The translations under genes were made by a program, and so were the position numbers. A stretch of DNA of 64,000 nucleotides from Macrostomum lignano (taxonomy: Eukaryota): NCBI GenBank assembly GCA_002269645.1, contig NIVC01001898.1, positions 1-64,000 of the forward strand, written 5' to 3'. Positions 1-11,800 of the stretch are shown one piece after another (positions within the stretch are counted from its first letter, which is position 1; each line of letters starts with the position of its first letter). Under the pieces are notes generated by a model, which saw only the letters and a list, made by a program, of their open reading frames with translations, was not told the origin of the DNA and searched no databases.

Positions 1-1199
1 ATCTTGAAAGCGGCACGCAGCAGGCCAGCGTGCGCTGCGTCAACTTGTTGCTCGAGCGACCCGTCAGCGTCCAGGTCTAGGCGTTGTACAGCAGGACGGT
101 CTCGATCACCGCCTGGAACAACACCGCCCTCTGGCAGTCAGGTAAGGCCTCGGACTGCAGGACTGCCCTCACACAACGAGGGCTCCGTGAGCAAGCGCAA
201 CAAAATTCTGGCTAACCTCCTCCCGTTCGAGAGATTGCCGAACTCCTGGGTTCGGGGCGCGCCCCCCCCCCTGGGAGGCGCTCAATGGCTCGGAGCGACT
301 CTGCCTCTTCTCGAGCTCCTCCGCCATTGCAGCAAGTCCGACGGCATACAGGCTAGGCGCGACCTTGTCGAGGAGACCCGCAGGAAGCGCCTTCCGGACA
401 CCTGCTACTACACCGATGGATCCGCCACCAGCGGTACTCAGCTGGGCGGAGCGGCTGGATACTGTACTGCAGCCGCCAGACCTGATCATTCGTTCGGGGC
501 GTGCTGCGGCCTGCAGATGGTGTAGCTCCTTTGAAGCTGAGCTCCACCCCCTTTGTCTGGGCGACATCTTAGCGGAGGAACCGCCGGAAGCCACCATCCT
601 GACTGACAGCCAGGCCGCCATCCGAGCCATCCAAGCCGACTGCACCACTACCAACAGCCTCCTCGAAACACTCAAGAACCTCATCCGACGTGCTATCCGG
701 GTCACGGCCATTACGTACCATCCAGTGGATCCCTGGACACGTGGGCGCTAGTGGAAATGAGCTGGTCGACCTGGAGGCCAAACGGGCCGCGTGCCTGCCT
801 CAACAGCACGTCCCCTTGCGCTGGCTGCGTCCAAGAACCTACTGCGCAGGTCCATCGGGTACCAGCCCGTCCTGGAAGGCCACCTGGAAGCAGTTTACTC
901 AGGCGCATCACCTTCCATGATGGCCCCAGAAACCAGAAAGTCCTCGTCTCGCAGGTCCGCGCGGTTACTGCCCGGCGTCGGTCTACTACAAAAAGCGCAT
1001 CGGGACAACCAACGATGCCACCTGAAGGCTATGCGGGGACGAAGTTGATCAATTTCACCTGTTGACTTGTCCCGCTTTGGAAACGACTCGCCTCTCGATT
1101 GGAGTACAACATCTCAGTGACCTGGCCGATGGTCCCTTGATGGCGCGGCACCTGGGTGCCCTCGATTGGGTCCCCATCTGATGGAGCCGCTATCCGCAA
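1..1199 (+). mobile_element. 3' part of a degenerate RNase H-containing non-LTR retrotransposon (I/R1/LOA-type LINE), cut by the window edge
   Basis: RNase H motifs are spread over three frames: YYTDGSAT (ORF 4..525), SSFEAEL and ILTDSQAAIRAI (365..751), IQWIPGHVGASGNELVDLEAKRAA (690..920). A zinc-knuckle-like end, DEVDQFHLLTCPAL...WVPI*, follows at about 1037-1180, then a (CAA)n tail. Several frameshifts. Confidence 0.85.
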
Positions 1200-1226
1200 A
1201 CAACAACAACGACAACGACAACAACA

Positions 1227-1282
<56 letters not shown>

Positions 1283-1366
1283 ACAAAACAACGACAACAG
1301 CAACAGTGACAACAACAACAATGAATGCAACAAGAATAACAACAAAAACAACAGCAACAGCAAGCT
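1200..1366 (+). repeat. (CAA/ACA)n microsatellite, probable 3' tail of the preceding LINE
   Basis: Near-perfect CAA repeats 1200-1320, decaying to about 1366, directly after the LINE 3' end. Confidence 0.85.
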
Positions 1367-1559
1367 GACCGGAAAGCTCAGTGGGCTTGGTTACGAAGAC
1401 GATCTCGCCCTCCCGTCTTCGACCATCGAGAGCGCCCAGTGACCCAGCTGCATGATTTGGTTGAGATTTTGGGGCGAGTGTCGGCCTGATGGTCAAAACG
1501 CAAAAAAAACATTTGTGCTCTGCGTGCAATATGACATCGTTATAGAACGGTAACTTCTA

Positions 1560-2290
1560 GTGGTCCTTGCATCGAGGCTGCAATTCTACGGTATATTAAT
1601 ACATGTACATAGTATAGGCCGAGTTGCTGACGGTCACGCGACGGAACATTTGCAATACCAGCAGTTCGTCGACGACACAGAAGAACCGAACGAAAGGCAG
1701 GCCAGACAAGGGCCAGATGAACTGCTGATAATCATGAATGTCACGGCACGACGATATATGGCGTCCAGCACACGAGCACACTGCATGATATGTCTTCTCT
1801 ATTGACCACAACCCCTGCAACAACAACTACAGTTTGTCAAACTATCGGTGGGCGTCCTCAACGGTCGAGGACAGCAGGGTGAGATCATTGGAGTAGCTAA
1901 AGCTCACAGAGAAGTCTCTCCGGTTGGCGTCGACCCACGCGTCTCACCGCAGCAGAAAGTGCGAAGAACAGTCCGCAGCTCCCAAACCAAGCACCAGAGC
2001 AAACAGGAACCGTGCAGCCCAGAGGATGTCTCGAAAAAAGCCTTCGTGTCGCGGTACGTCGCCAAATGGCGGAAACCATGCTGCCCATACATGTACTATA
2101 GCTCTCTGCATGGCGCGTTATACACACCATAGGGAAAACACAGATCTGACGGACCGAGTCGAATGCCTTCCTTAATCCTAGCTGCAGATGACAAGCAGTC
2201 AGTAATCGTTTGGAGTATCTCCTCCTCCTCGTTGCCTTGGCGAAGAGACCAGGAACTGTGCCATTCTGCCGCCATGTGACCAAAGCCCGT
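1560..2290 (-). pseudogene. heavily degenerate reverse-transcriptase fragment (RTE-like non-LTR element)
   Basis: Minus-strand motif remnants occur in RT order across different frames: LGLRKAFDSV (about 2160), FETSSGLHGSCLL (resembling SGVxQGCxL, about 2030), SFSYSNDLTLLSSTVED (resembling YADD, about 1885). Confidence 0.5.
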
Positions 2291-3756
2291 TCTTGTTCAG
2301 GTGGTAGGTACGAATATGCAGCACAAGAAATTTATAGCTTTTCACTTATGTTAATAGAGATATATGCACATAATACATTACATACATGATCTTAAATAGG
2401 ATCTCGGAGCAATCGGGTCGCAAATTAGCATTCGACTTCACAAGTTTCAAGGGCTTAAACAAAACAAAACAATAATAGCTGCAATTGAATATATTTTGCT
2501 TCCCAGAGTAGGTGGTAAAAATATTTCTTTTCGACCTTAAATTACCCTCTTTAGGAGTAATGAAAAACAATGATAAGAAATACAAAAATCAGCTGTTTTC
2601 GTATTTTTGTGTCGCCAGCTCACTTTGTAGTTAGCTAGCTAAGGCCTAGCCTGCCTAATCTAATGATGGCACAGCTCCATTCTCATTTAATTCGTCAACA
2701 ACTTGCAGTTACTTACAGTACTTAGTATATTTCAGTACTTTTAATAGTAACAAAGTTTAAACAACACATTAAACAGTACGCAAGCAAGATTTTCATTTTT
2801 AGTATATGGAAGATTTAGTATATTTGGATTAGGCCTACTTTATTAAAAAAACTATTTAAAATAGGCCTAGGCCTAACCCAAGTGGACAGACTTGTGTTGG
2901 CCAAACTGTTTTGCCTGAGTCAATCATACAACTACTGTTGGCCTACTACAACTACTACCTACACCAAACTTTTTTATTTTTACCTACATTTATTTTGTTA
3001 GGCATAAGCTGATGATGTTAGATGTAGACCCTATGGCTATCATTCAAAAAATAGTCTCTTTTAATTAAAATAATGCATTTGATGTTGGGCCTAGCCATGC
3101 ATAAAACTATACAAAGCAATTTTATTAATTTTATTTATAAAATTTTGCCATTATTAGCATTGTAAATTTGTAGGGCCTAATATCGACTAGGCCTATCTAT
3201 AATATAGATCAATAAAAATTATAAAATGATTTTGGGCTTAGGACTATTCACTCCATTGTAGTATTGCATTTAATTTTTATCAAAACTAGGGGGGCCTAGC
3301 ACTATCTCCTATTTTAGGCCCTAGCCAATACTTAGCAATAGGTCTTAGTCATATTTATAGATAGTATCATAGTAGGCCTAATGGCTAATGTACACATTAG
3401 CCTATTAGCTTTGTCTATGAAAATATAGTGCATTAGAACCTAGCCTAGGCCTCTTATAAACCTAGCTAATAAAGCCAAGGAGCCTGGTTCCTAATTGTAA
3501 AACAGTCTCTTAGTCATTGGCAATACCACTTGCGACTTGGGAGACTAGACCTAGGCCTATCAATAACCTATTATCCATCAAATCAATTGGATTCTTCAAG
3601 AGTGTCTAGGAGTTCTATGTCAAGCTTATTAGTTAGTTACCATATTATAGTTTGGATTATGCATTAGGCCTAGTAGTATATGCTGGGTCTAATGCCAGAA
3701 AATATTACTAGATTTCGGTTATATGCTAGGACTAAAAATTAAAAATCTATCATTGA

Positions 3757-4032
3757 CATACATGCGCAACCCCCCTGATTTACACTGGCCATGCGACTTA
3801 CTTTTTGACCAAAATGCGACTTACCTGTGAAAGAAACCCTAGAGCAACATTAACGCAATTTTGGGTAAACGGCAGGAGTAACTATGACTGTCTTATAAGG
3901 GCTAAATGCCTCGTCATCTAATTAGTACTACGTCTATATTTTTTGGGGTGGGCATTTTTGCAACTAACCCCTGGTCCACCACAATTTACAGTGGCCAGAT
4001 CGGCCAGGTCGGCCAGCAGTTGCGCATGTATG
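3757..4032. mobile_element. 276-bp non-autonomous hAT-type element (MITE)
   Basis: Perfect 14-bp TIRs CATACATGCGCAAC (3757-3770) and GTTGCGCATGTATG (4019-4032), flanked by a perfect 8-bp direct repeat ATCATTGA (3749-3756 and 4033-4040). An 8-bp TSD with short TIRs is typical of the hAT superfamily. Confidence 0.88.
3863..3926 (+). rRNA. 64-bp fragment of 28S rRNA (R2/I-PpoI target region) inside the MITE; not a functional rRNA gene
   Basis: GGGTAAACGGCAGGAGTAACTATGACTGTCTTATAAGGGCTAAATGCCTCGTCATCTAATTAGT versus the conserved eukaryotic LSU GGGTAAACGGCGGGAGTAACTATGACTCTCTTAAGGTAGCCAAATGCCTCGTCATCTAATTAGT recalled from memory: about 56/64 identical ungapped. Confidence 0.9.
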
Positions 4033-4663
4033 ATCATTGATATAATATACTGCTATGTCATATATGCCAAGATATATTTTAAAAAATGGTAAGTACCCTT
4101 CTTATATGCTCGTTCAAGCTCAAGCTCATTTTAAGAAAAACAAAGAGGCATTGGCAAAGTTATAGGCTGAGTTAGACAAGCAGTGATAGGCTATGGCTAA
4201 ATGTGAAAAGACTTAACATTATTTAATTTTCCATTTGATTATGTTCTCGTACTTAAAATAATTCAAACTTTGAACATATAGCTAAGCTATATTGGATATT
4301 GTCTACTAAAAGGTACAAGTATATGATCAAGATAGCCATAGCTATAAATGGCTACATAAATAAAAGTAGGTCTACAATTTTTTATTTTTTATTGGTAATG
4401 GTTAGGGAAGGATATAGAGCAAGTCTTAAGGAGATAGCTTTTAAATGAAATAAGTTTAATAAAACAATAACTTTTTCCATTGTCTTTGCTACAAGTATAA
4501 GCTAATTAGCATTAGCTAGCAATCAGTGTTTCTTATTGGAGAGCTACAAAGAATAGAATATAAATATTTGAATAGTCTATATGTAGCTTCTGATCTCAAC
4601 TTTAACATCTTAGCAATTTCTTTATAAACCTTGACATCTTAGCAATACAGTATACAATATATC

Positions 4664-5125
4664 CCATGATCTTTGAAATCTTAGCAATTCCTCCCACAAG
4701 CCTTGAAATCTCAGAAATTCTTTCTACAAGCCATGATATCTTAGCAATTTTTTCCATAGGCCTTGACATCTTAGCAATTCCTCCCACAAGCCTTGAAATC
4801 TCAGAAATTCTTTCTATAAGCCATGATATCTTAGCAATTTTTTCCATAGGCCTTGACATCTTAGCAATTCCTCCCACAAGCCTTGAAATCTCAGAAATTC
4901 TTTCTATAAGCCATGATATCTTAGCATTTTTTTCCATAGGCCTTGACATCTTCGCAATTCCTCCCATAAGCCTTGATATATTAGTAATTCCCCCCTATAA
5001 GCCCTGATATCTGCAATTTATCATGTAAGCCTTGAGATCTCAGCAATTTCCTCAAACTTTGACATCTTAGTAATTCTCCTATAAGCCATGTCATCTTAGC
5101 AATTCCTTTGTAGGCCTTGATATCT
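4664..5125. repeat. 30-bp minisatellite organised as a 90-bp (3 x 30) higher-order repeat
   Basis: Subunits cttgaaatctcagaaattctttctataagc, catgatatcttagcaattttttccataggc and cttgacatcttagcaattcctcccacaagc recur in fixed order about 3 times, then decay. Confidence 0.85.
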
Positions 5126-5896
5126 TAAGGACAAAACATTTTGAGTAATGTTTCTTTTATATTTGACATGACGCTTCTTTTATGTTTTATATAATGATAA
5201 TTTTATGTTTAACATGTCATAAGAACTTTTAATCTTATTAAAAACTTATTACACTACTAAGATTAGAACCTAGGTTGCTGTATTAGTAGTTTAGTTGATT
5301 CATATCCAGGCTAGCTCTTATCAATTTGATAACATGAATTGTGGCATATATAATTCAGCATTTACAAAAAGTTATTTATAGTAAAAGTTGCACAATGCAA
5401 TTATGATGCAATCAATTATTGTAGTTTAGAAAGTTTAGCCTTATTTTTGGTGCAACTTTTGAGGATATACAATTTATTGCAATAGGTACATTCTGTTACC
5501 TAGGTTTACTGAATGTATGTACCAATTTAGTGTTAGAACAACTGGTCAGATCTTCAATCGTATCAGATTTAGTTTTTGGTACATACATTTGGTACAAAGT
5601 AATAATTTAATACTTACTGATTTTTCTAGAATGCAGGTTAACAAAATTTACTCATAAATTTGAATTATGTTTAAATATTTAATCAATCTTACAGTTAAGA
5701 AAGGTGTCAATGAAGTTCATCTAATTGATTAGTAATTGGTAGTTGTAGATACACATTCGGGCACATGCTTTGCTTTGTTAGTTGCTAATAGTGTTTCATT
5801 TCAGCCCTATCTTGACATAAATTTAACAGGAAAATACTTGGATAATTTGCATGATATTGAAGCATATTGTCCTGCTATGCACCCTGAGTTATCCAT

Positions 5897-8800
5897 ATGG
5901 CAAGGAGAAACAGAAAGCCTTCTTGCCTAAACCAGCCAAGCAAGTCAAATTCTACTACTTCTAAGTAAGTTGTGCGACATTGTTTTCCTAGAAAATTAAT
6001 TGCTGACTTTGTTTAGAGTTGGGCCATAGACAGTGCTAATCCTCATTATATCGACTGCTTGTCTAAAAGAGCAACATGATATTATCTGAGCTGAAACATA
6101 TTTAAAATGGCATATTATTTAATAATCGGTTTTTTGTACCAACATAGCAAATAAAGCTGTAATGTCCTTCTTTGATCCATTCAGGAAATCCAAGTCAGCC
6201 GCAGGTGCGGCCAGCAATCAATCAAATGTGAGTTGCATCAGCTTTTGAATATCGGAAATTAGTGCTAACTAGTGCTATGAAGTGTGCTATCACATGTTCT
6301 GTTCTGATTAGTGCTGCCACCTGTTCCAATTAGTACTGTCACCTGTTCCAATTAGTGCTGTCACCTGTTCCAATTAGTGCTGTCACCTGTTCCAATTAGG
6401 CTGTCACCTGTTCCAATTAGTGCTGTCACCTGTTCCAATTAGTGCTGTCACCTGTTCCAATTAGTGCTGTCACCTGTTCTGATTAGTGCTGTCACCTGTT
6501 CCAATTAGGCTGTCACCTGTTCCAATTAGTGCTGTCACCTGTTCCAATTAGTGCTGTCACCTGTTCCAATTAGTGCTGTCACCTGTTCTGATTAGTGCTG
6601 TCACCTGTTCCAATTAGTGCTGTCACCTGTTCTGATTAGTGCTGTCACCTGTTCCAATTAGGCTGTCACCTGTTCCAATTAGTGCTGTCACCTGTTCCAA
6701 TTAGTGCTGTCACCTGTTCCAATTAGTGCTGTCACCTGTTCTGATTAGTGCTGTCACCTGTTTCAATTAGTGCTGTCATCTGTTTCAATTATAAGTATAG
6801 TGCTATGCTATTGTATCATCTGTTCCGAATATTGTCAGTGTCACGTGTGGAACCCAGCACCAGAGTTCCAGCTACTTTAGTAAACCTCTGTCTAAGCTAG
6901 CATTAATAGTAGAAAGTGGAATAACTAGTAAGCTTGCGAGGCATTATCAATAGCAACTAAATGCATAGCAACTCCAGCCGTTTGACGCGTAAATCGTTAA
7001 AAAAATTTCAGAGTCGCAAGCGTTCGAGAGCAGGCGGAGGCGGCAGCAGCGGCTCTTCATCTGAACCGCAGCAGCAGCAGCAGCAGCAACAGTCTTCTTC
7101 TTCTGGGTCGTCTACAGCGGCCGAATCCGCTTTAAACTTTACTAACAGTAGTAGCAGCAGCGGTAGCAGAAGCCAGAGAATCCTGCGCAGCGGTCCTACT
7201 TCTAGTAGTAGCACGTCTGGCTCTCAGTTGCCTGACTCGCAATCCTCTAGGTAAGTTATGAAGAGTTATAGGATGAGAGGCGGGGCAGCTCAGCGGTAAA
7301 CGCGTCCCGGGTTCGATTCCGTGAGCGGCCAAATTCATTTGGGGCTCGTGTTCAGAAAAATTGGTCGGGAGTTGTCGTACGGTTCACAGCTATGAGAGCC
7401 ATTGCTCACGGCACAGAGTGTACATGCCTGAAGATTTAAGTAAATATATCTCTAAAGACAGTGACTAGATCTCTAAAGACAGTGACTAGATCTCTAAAGA
7501 CAGTGGCTAGATCTCTAAAGACAGTGACTAGATCTCTAAAGACAGTGGCTAGATCTCTAAAGACAGTGACTAGATCTCTAAAGATAGTGACTAGATCTCT
7601 AAAGACAGTGGCTAGATTTCTAAAGACAGTGACTAGATCTCTAAAGACAGTGGCTAGATTTCTAAAGACGGTGACTAGATCTCTAAAGACAGTGACTAGA
7701 TCTGCGGACAGTGCCTAGATCTCTAAAGACATTGACGGGATCTCTAAAAGACTGACTAGATCTGAGGACAGTGACTAGATCTGAGAATAATGACTAGATC
7801 TGAGAACAATGACTAGATCTGAGAACAGTGACTAGATCTGAGAACAATGACTAGATCTGAGAACAGTGACTAGATCTGAGAACAATGACTAGATCTGAGA
7901 ACAGTGACTAGATCTCTAAAGACATTGACTAGATGTACCGGAGGGCCAGCCCCCAAGTCACAGAGTGTAACTGCCTTGCAATTTCGAGTCAGGGTCGCTG
8001 TAGACCCTGCTTGAGCGTGTGTATGAGTGCGCTTCTGCACTTTAGTGCTTCTGCATTTTAGTGCTTCTGCACTTTAGTGCTTCTGCACTTTAGTGCTTCT
8101 GCACTTTAGTGCTTCTGCACTTTAGTGCTTCTGCACTTTAGTGCTTCTGCACTTTAGTGCTTCTGCACTTTAGTGCTTCTGCACTTTAGTGCTTCTGCAC
8201 TTTAGTGCTTCTGCACTTTAGTGCTTCTGCACTTTAGTGCTTCTGCACTTTAGTGCTTCTGCACTTTACTGCTTCTGCACTTTACTGCTTCTGCACTTTA
8301 GTGCTTCTGCACTTTAGTGCTTCTGCACTTTAGTGCTTCTGCACTTTAGTGCTTCTGCACTTTAGTGCTTCTGCACTTTAGTGCTTCTGCACTTTAGTGC
8401 TTCTGCACTTTAGTGCTTCTGCACTTTAGTGCTTCTGCACTTTAGTGCTTCTGCACTTTAGTGCTTCTGCACTTTAGTGCTTCTGCACTTTAGTGCTTCT
8501 GCACTTTAGTGCTTCTGCACTTTAGTGCTTCTGCACTTTAGTGCTTCTGCACTTTAGTGCTTCTGCACTTTAGTGCTTCTGCACTTTAGTGCTTCTGCAC
8601 TTTAGTGCTTCTGCACTTTAGTGCTTCTGCACTTTAGTGCTTCTGCACTTTAGTGCTTCTGCACTTTAGTGCTTTCTGCACTTTAGTGCTTCTGCACTTT
8701 AGTGCTTCTGCACTTTAGTGCTTCTGCACTTTAGTGCTTCTGCACTTTAGTGCTTCTGCACTTTAGTGCTTCTGCACTTTAGTGCTTCTGCACTTTAGTG

Positions 8801-11800
8801 CTTCTGCACTTTAGTGCTTCTGCACTTTAGTGCTTCTGCACTTTAGTGCTTCTGCACTTTAGTGCTTCTGCACTTTAGTGCTTCTGCACTTTAGTGCTTC
8901 TGCACTTTAGTGCTTCTGCACTTTAGTGCTTCTGCACTTTAGTGCTTCTCTGTTGCGGGAGGATGTCCCTGGAGGCATTGCGCCAGGGTGCCTGCAGCCC
9001 TCCTGCAAATGTTTCACAATCCACAAAGTGGCGATTGTGAAGGCCAAAACTGATAAAAAATATTCCCACTACGCACGCAGATCTGTCCCGGTTAAAAAGC
9101 GAGCCAGACTAACCACAGATCAAGCTGCGATAGCATCTGGCCAATCTCAGACAGCTCAAGGTCATCAAGGCGCTGTCAAAGCAGCCGCCGCTGCCGCCCC
9201 AACTGCCGGTTTCAGCGGTCACAGCGGTAGCAGTGCACTCGGTCTCGGGTCTCTGCAACAGCCAGCTCACGGTTGGGCTTCTTCGTGGCACAGTTATACC
9301 AGGTGCGGTTTTATAGGAGTGGTCATTGGGAGAGGATAGAGGAGAGGAGAGAGGAGACAGGGAGAGGAGAGAGGAGACAGGGAAGAAGAGATGAGACAGG
9401 GAGAGGAGGGAGGAGACAGGGAGAGGAGGGAGGAGACAGGGAGAGGAGAGAGGAGACAGGGTGAGGAGAGAGGAGACAGGGAGAGGAGAGAGGAGACAGG
9501 GAGAGGAGGGAGGAGACAGGGAAGAAGAGATGAGACAGGGAGAGGAGGGAGGAGACAGGGAAGAAGAGATGAGACAGGAAGAGGAGGAAGGAGACAGGGA
9601 AGAAGAGAGGAGACAGGGAAGAAGAGATGAGACAGGGAGAGGAGGGAGGAGACAGGGAAGAAGAGATAAGACAGGAAGAGGAGGGAGGAGACAGGGAAGA
9701 AGAGATGAGACAGGGAGAGGAGGGAGGAGACAGGGAAGAAGAGATGAGACAGGGAGAGGAGGGAGGAGACAGGGAAGAAGAGATGAGACAGGGAAGAAGA
9801 GAAGAGATAGGGAGAGGAGGGAGGAGACAGGGAAGAAGAGATGAGACAGGAAGAGGAGGAAGGAGACAGGGAAGAAGAGAGGAGACAGGGAAGAAGAGAA
9901 GAGATAGGGAGAGGAGGGAGGAGACAGGGAAGAAGAGATGAGACAGGAAGAGGAGGGAGGAGACAGGGAAGAAGAGATGAGACAGGGAGAGGAGGGAGGA
10001 GACAGGGAAGAAGAGATGAGACAGGGAGAGGAGGGAGGAGACAGGGAAGAAGAGATGAGACAGGGAGAGGAGAGAGGAGACAGGGAGAGGAGAGAGGAGA
10101 CAGGGAGAGGAGAGAGGAGACACGGAGAGGAGGGAGGAGACAGGGAGAGGAGGGAGGAGACAGGGAAGAAGAGATGAGACAGGAAGAGGAGGAAGGAGAC
10201 AGGGAAGAAGAGAGGAGACAGGGAAGAAGAGAAGAGACAGGGAGAGGAGGGAGGAGACAGGGAAGAAGAGATGAGACAGGAAGAGGAGGGAGGAGACAGG
10301 GAAGAAGAGATGAGACAGGGAGAGGAGGGAGGAGACAGGGAAGAAGAGATGAGACAGGGAGAGGAGGGAGGAGACAGGGAGAGGAGAGAGGAGACAGGGT
10401 GAGGAGAGAGGAGACAGGGAGAGGAGAGAGGAGACAGGGAGAGGAGAGAGGAGACAGGGTGAGGAGAGAGGAGACAGGGAGAGGAGAGAGGAGACAGGGA
10501 GAGGAGAGAGGAGACAGGGAGAGGAGGGAGGAGACAGGGAAGAAGAGATGAGACAGGAAGAGGAGGAAGGAGACAGGGAAGAAGAGAGGAGACAGGGAAG
10601 AAGAGATGAGACAGGAAGAGGAGAGATTCTACTTATAGTAGTCATATAGGGAAATTAGTTAGAGAAGCTTAATAAACTTTTTTATTAGGCAACAGTTGCC
10701 ACGAGATTATTGGGATATAAGAATTTTGAATTACCGCCTTTCACTCTCTATACGAGTAATTCAAGCAGCCGGGAGGTCGTGCCACGGGAATTCCATGGCC
10801 AGTCCGCAGGTCCCTTGTGACTTCTGTGACTTAAATTCAATATCTATTCAATATTGCAGGCAACAGCAGCAGCACAGCCGACCCTCGACTGCCGCAATGT
10901 CCGACTCGAATTCGGCTTCGAACCCGCCAGCTGCCGCGGCTCAATCAGGCAGAGCTGGCGCCGAGCATCAACTGCAGTTGCCGCTGCTGCCGCCGCCGCC
11001 GCCGCCGCCGCCAGCTGTACAGCAGCAGCATCAGCAGTCATCAGCTGCGACGTCTTCCCAGCCGGCTGTTTCTATAGCAACGGCGCCGGCTTCCGCATCG
11101 TCGTCTTCGTCTGCGGCTGCCGCCGCTGCCGCTGCCAGCTCCGCGTCGGCTCTGCTGCTCCAGCGCTGCGGCTTCTCTGACGCTGCCGCTGCCGCCGCGG
11201 CCGCCGCCGCAGCCGCTGCCACCGGGCCGGAGGATCTTCACCGCCTCGAACAATTGTTAGAGGCCAACGCGTCATTTCTAGGCGCCCACGTGCACCAACT
11301 CATGGCCAGCCGGTTGTCGTCTGGCTCGTCTCACCGGGCTCACCAGCTGCTGATGGAGCTGCAGGAGTCCGACTCTGGCGGCCCGCGCTCCGGCTCCAGT
11401 CGCGGCGCTGGCGCCAGCAGTTCCAGCAGCGGTGCCGCTGCCTACAGCGGCGGCTTCGCCGGCTTCAGCCCGGACGACGACGGCGGCGGAGGGGCGGACA
11501 GCGCCGGGGACGTGGCGGCCCTGCAGGACTTGCACCAGATGCTGCTCATGGGCAACGAGGATACGCTGGCCGGCTTCCCTGTCAAGACCGCCGTGCCGCT
11601 GCTCACCAGGCGGCTGCGGCACCCGGCTTTGCGGGTCAGCTACCTGGCCTGCCAGTGCCTGCACTGCCTATTGGACCGCTTGCCGAGGTCCTCCGCCTCC
11701 GTGCTGGAGGCCCTGCCCGACCTGCTGGAGAAGGCCCAGCCGCTTGAGGTATTGGGATTGCGTATTGTGCTGACCAGTAACTCCCAGATCCCATATCTTG

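Noticed and set aside
3863-3926. Functional rRNA gene or rDNA unit
   Set aside because: Only 64 bp match; the flanks are not rRNA. Reported as a captured fragment instead.
7282-7335. tRNA gene
   Set aside because: A-B box distance is too short and there is no anticodon or acceptor stem.
9323-10645. 440-aa Ser/Leu/Pro ORF and Arg/Glu/Gly ORFs
   Set aside because: Purine-rich intronic minisatellite; no coding evidence.
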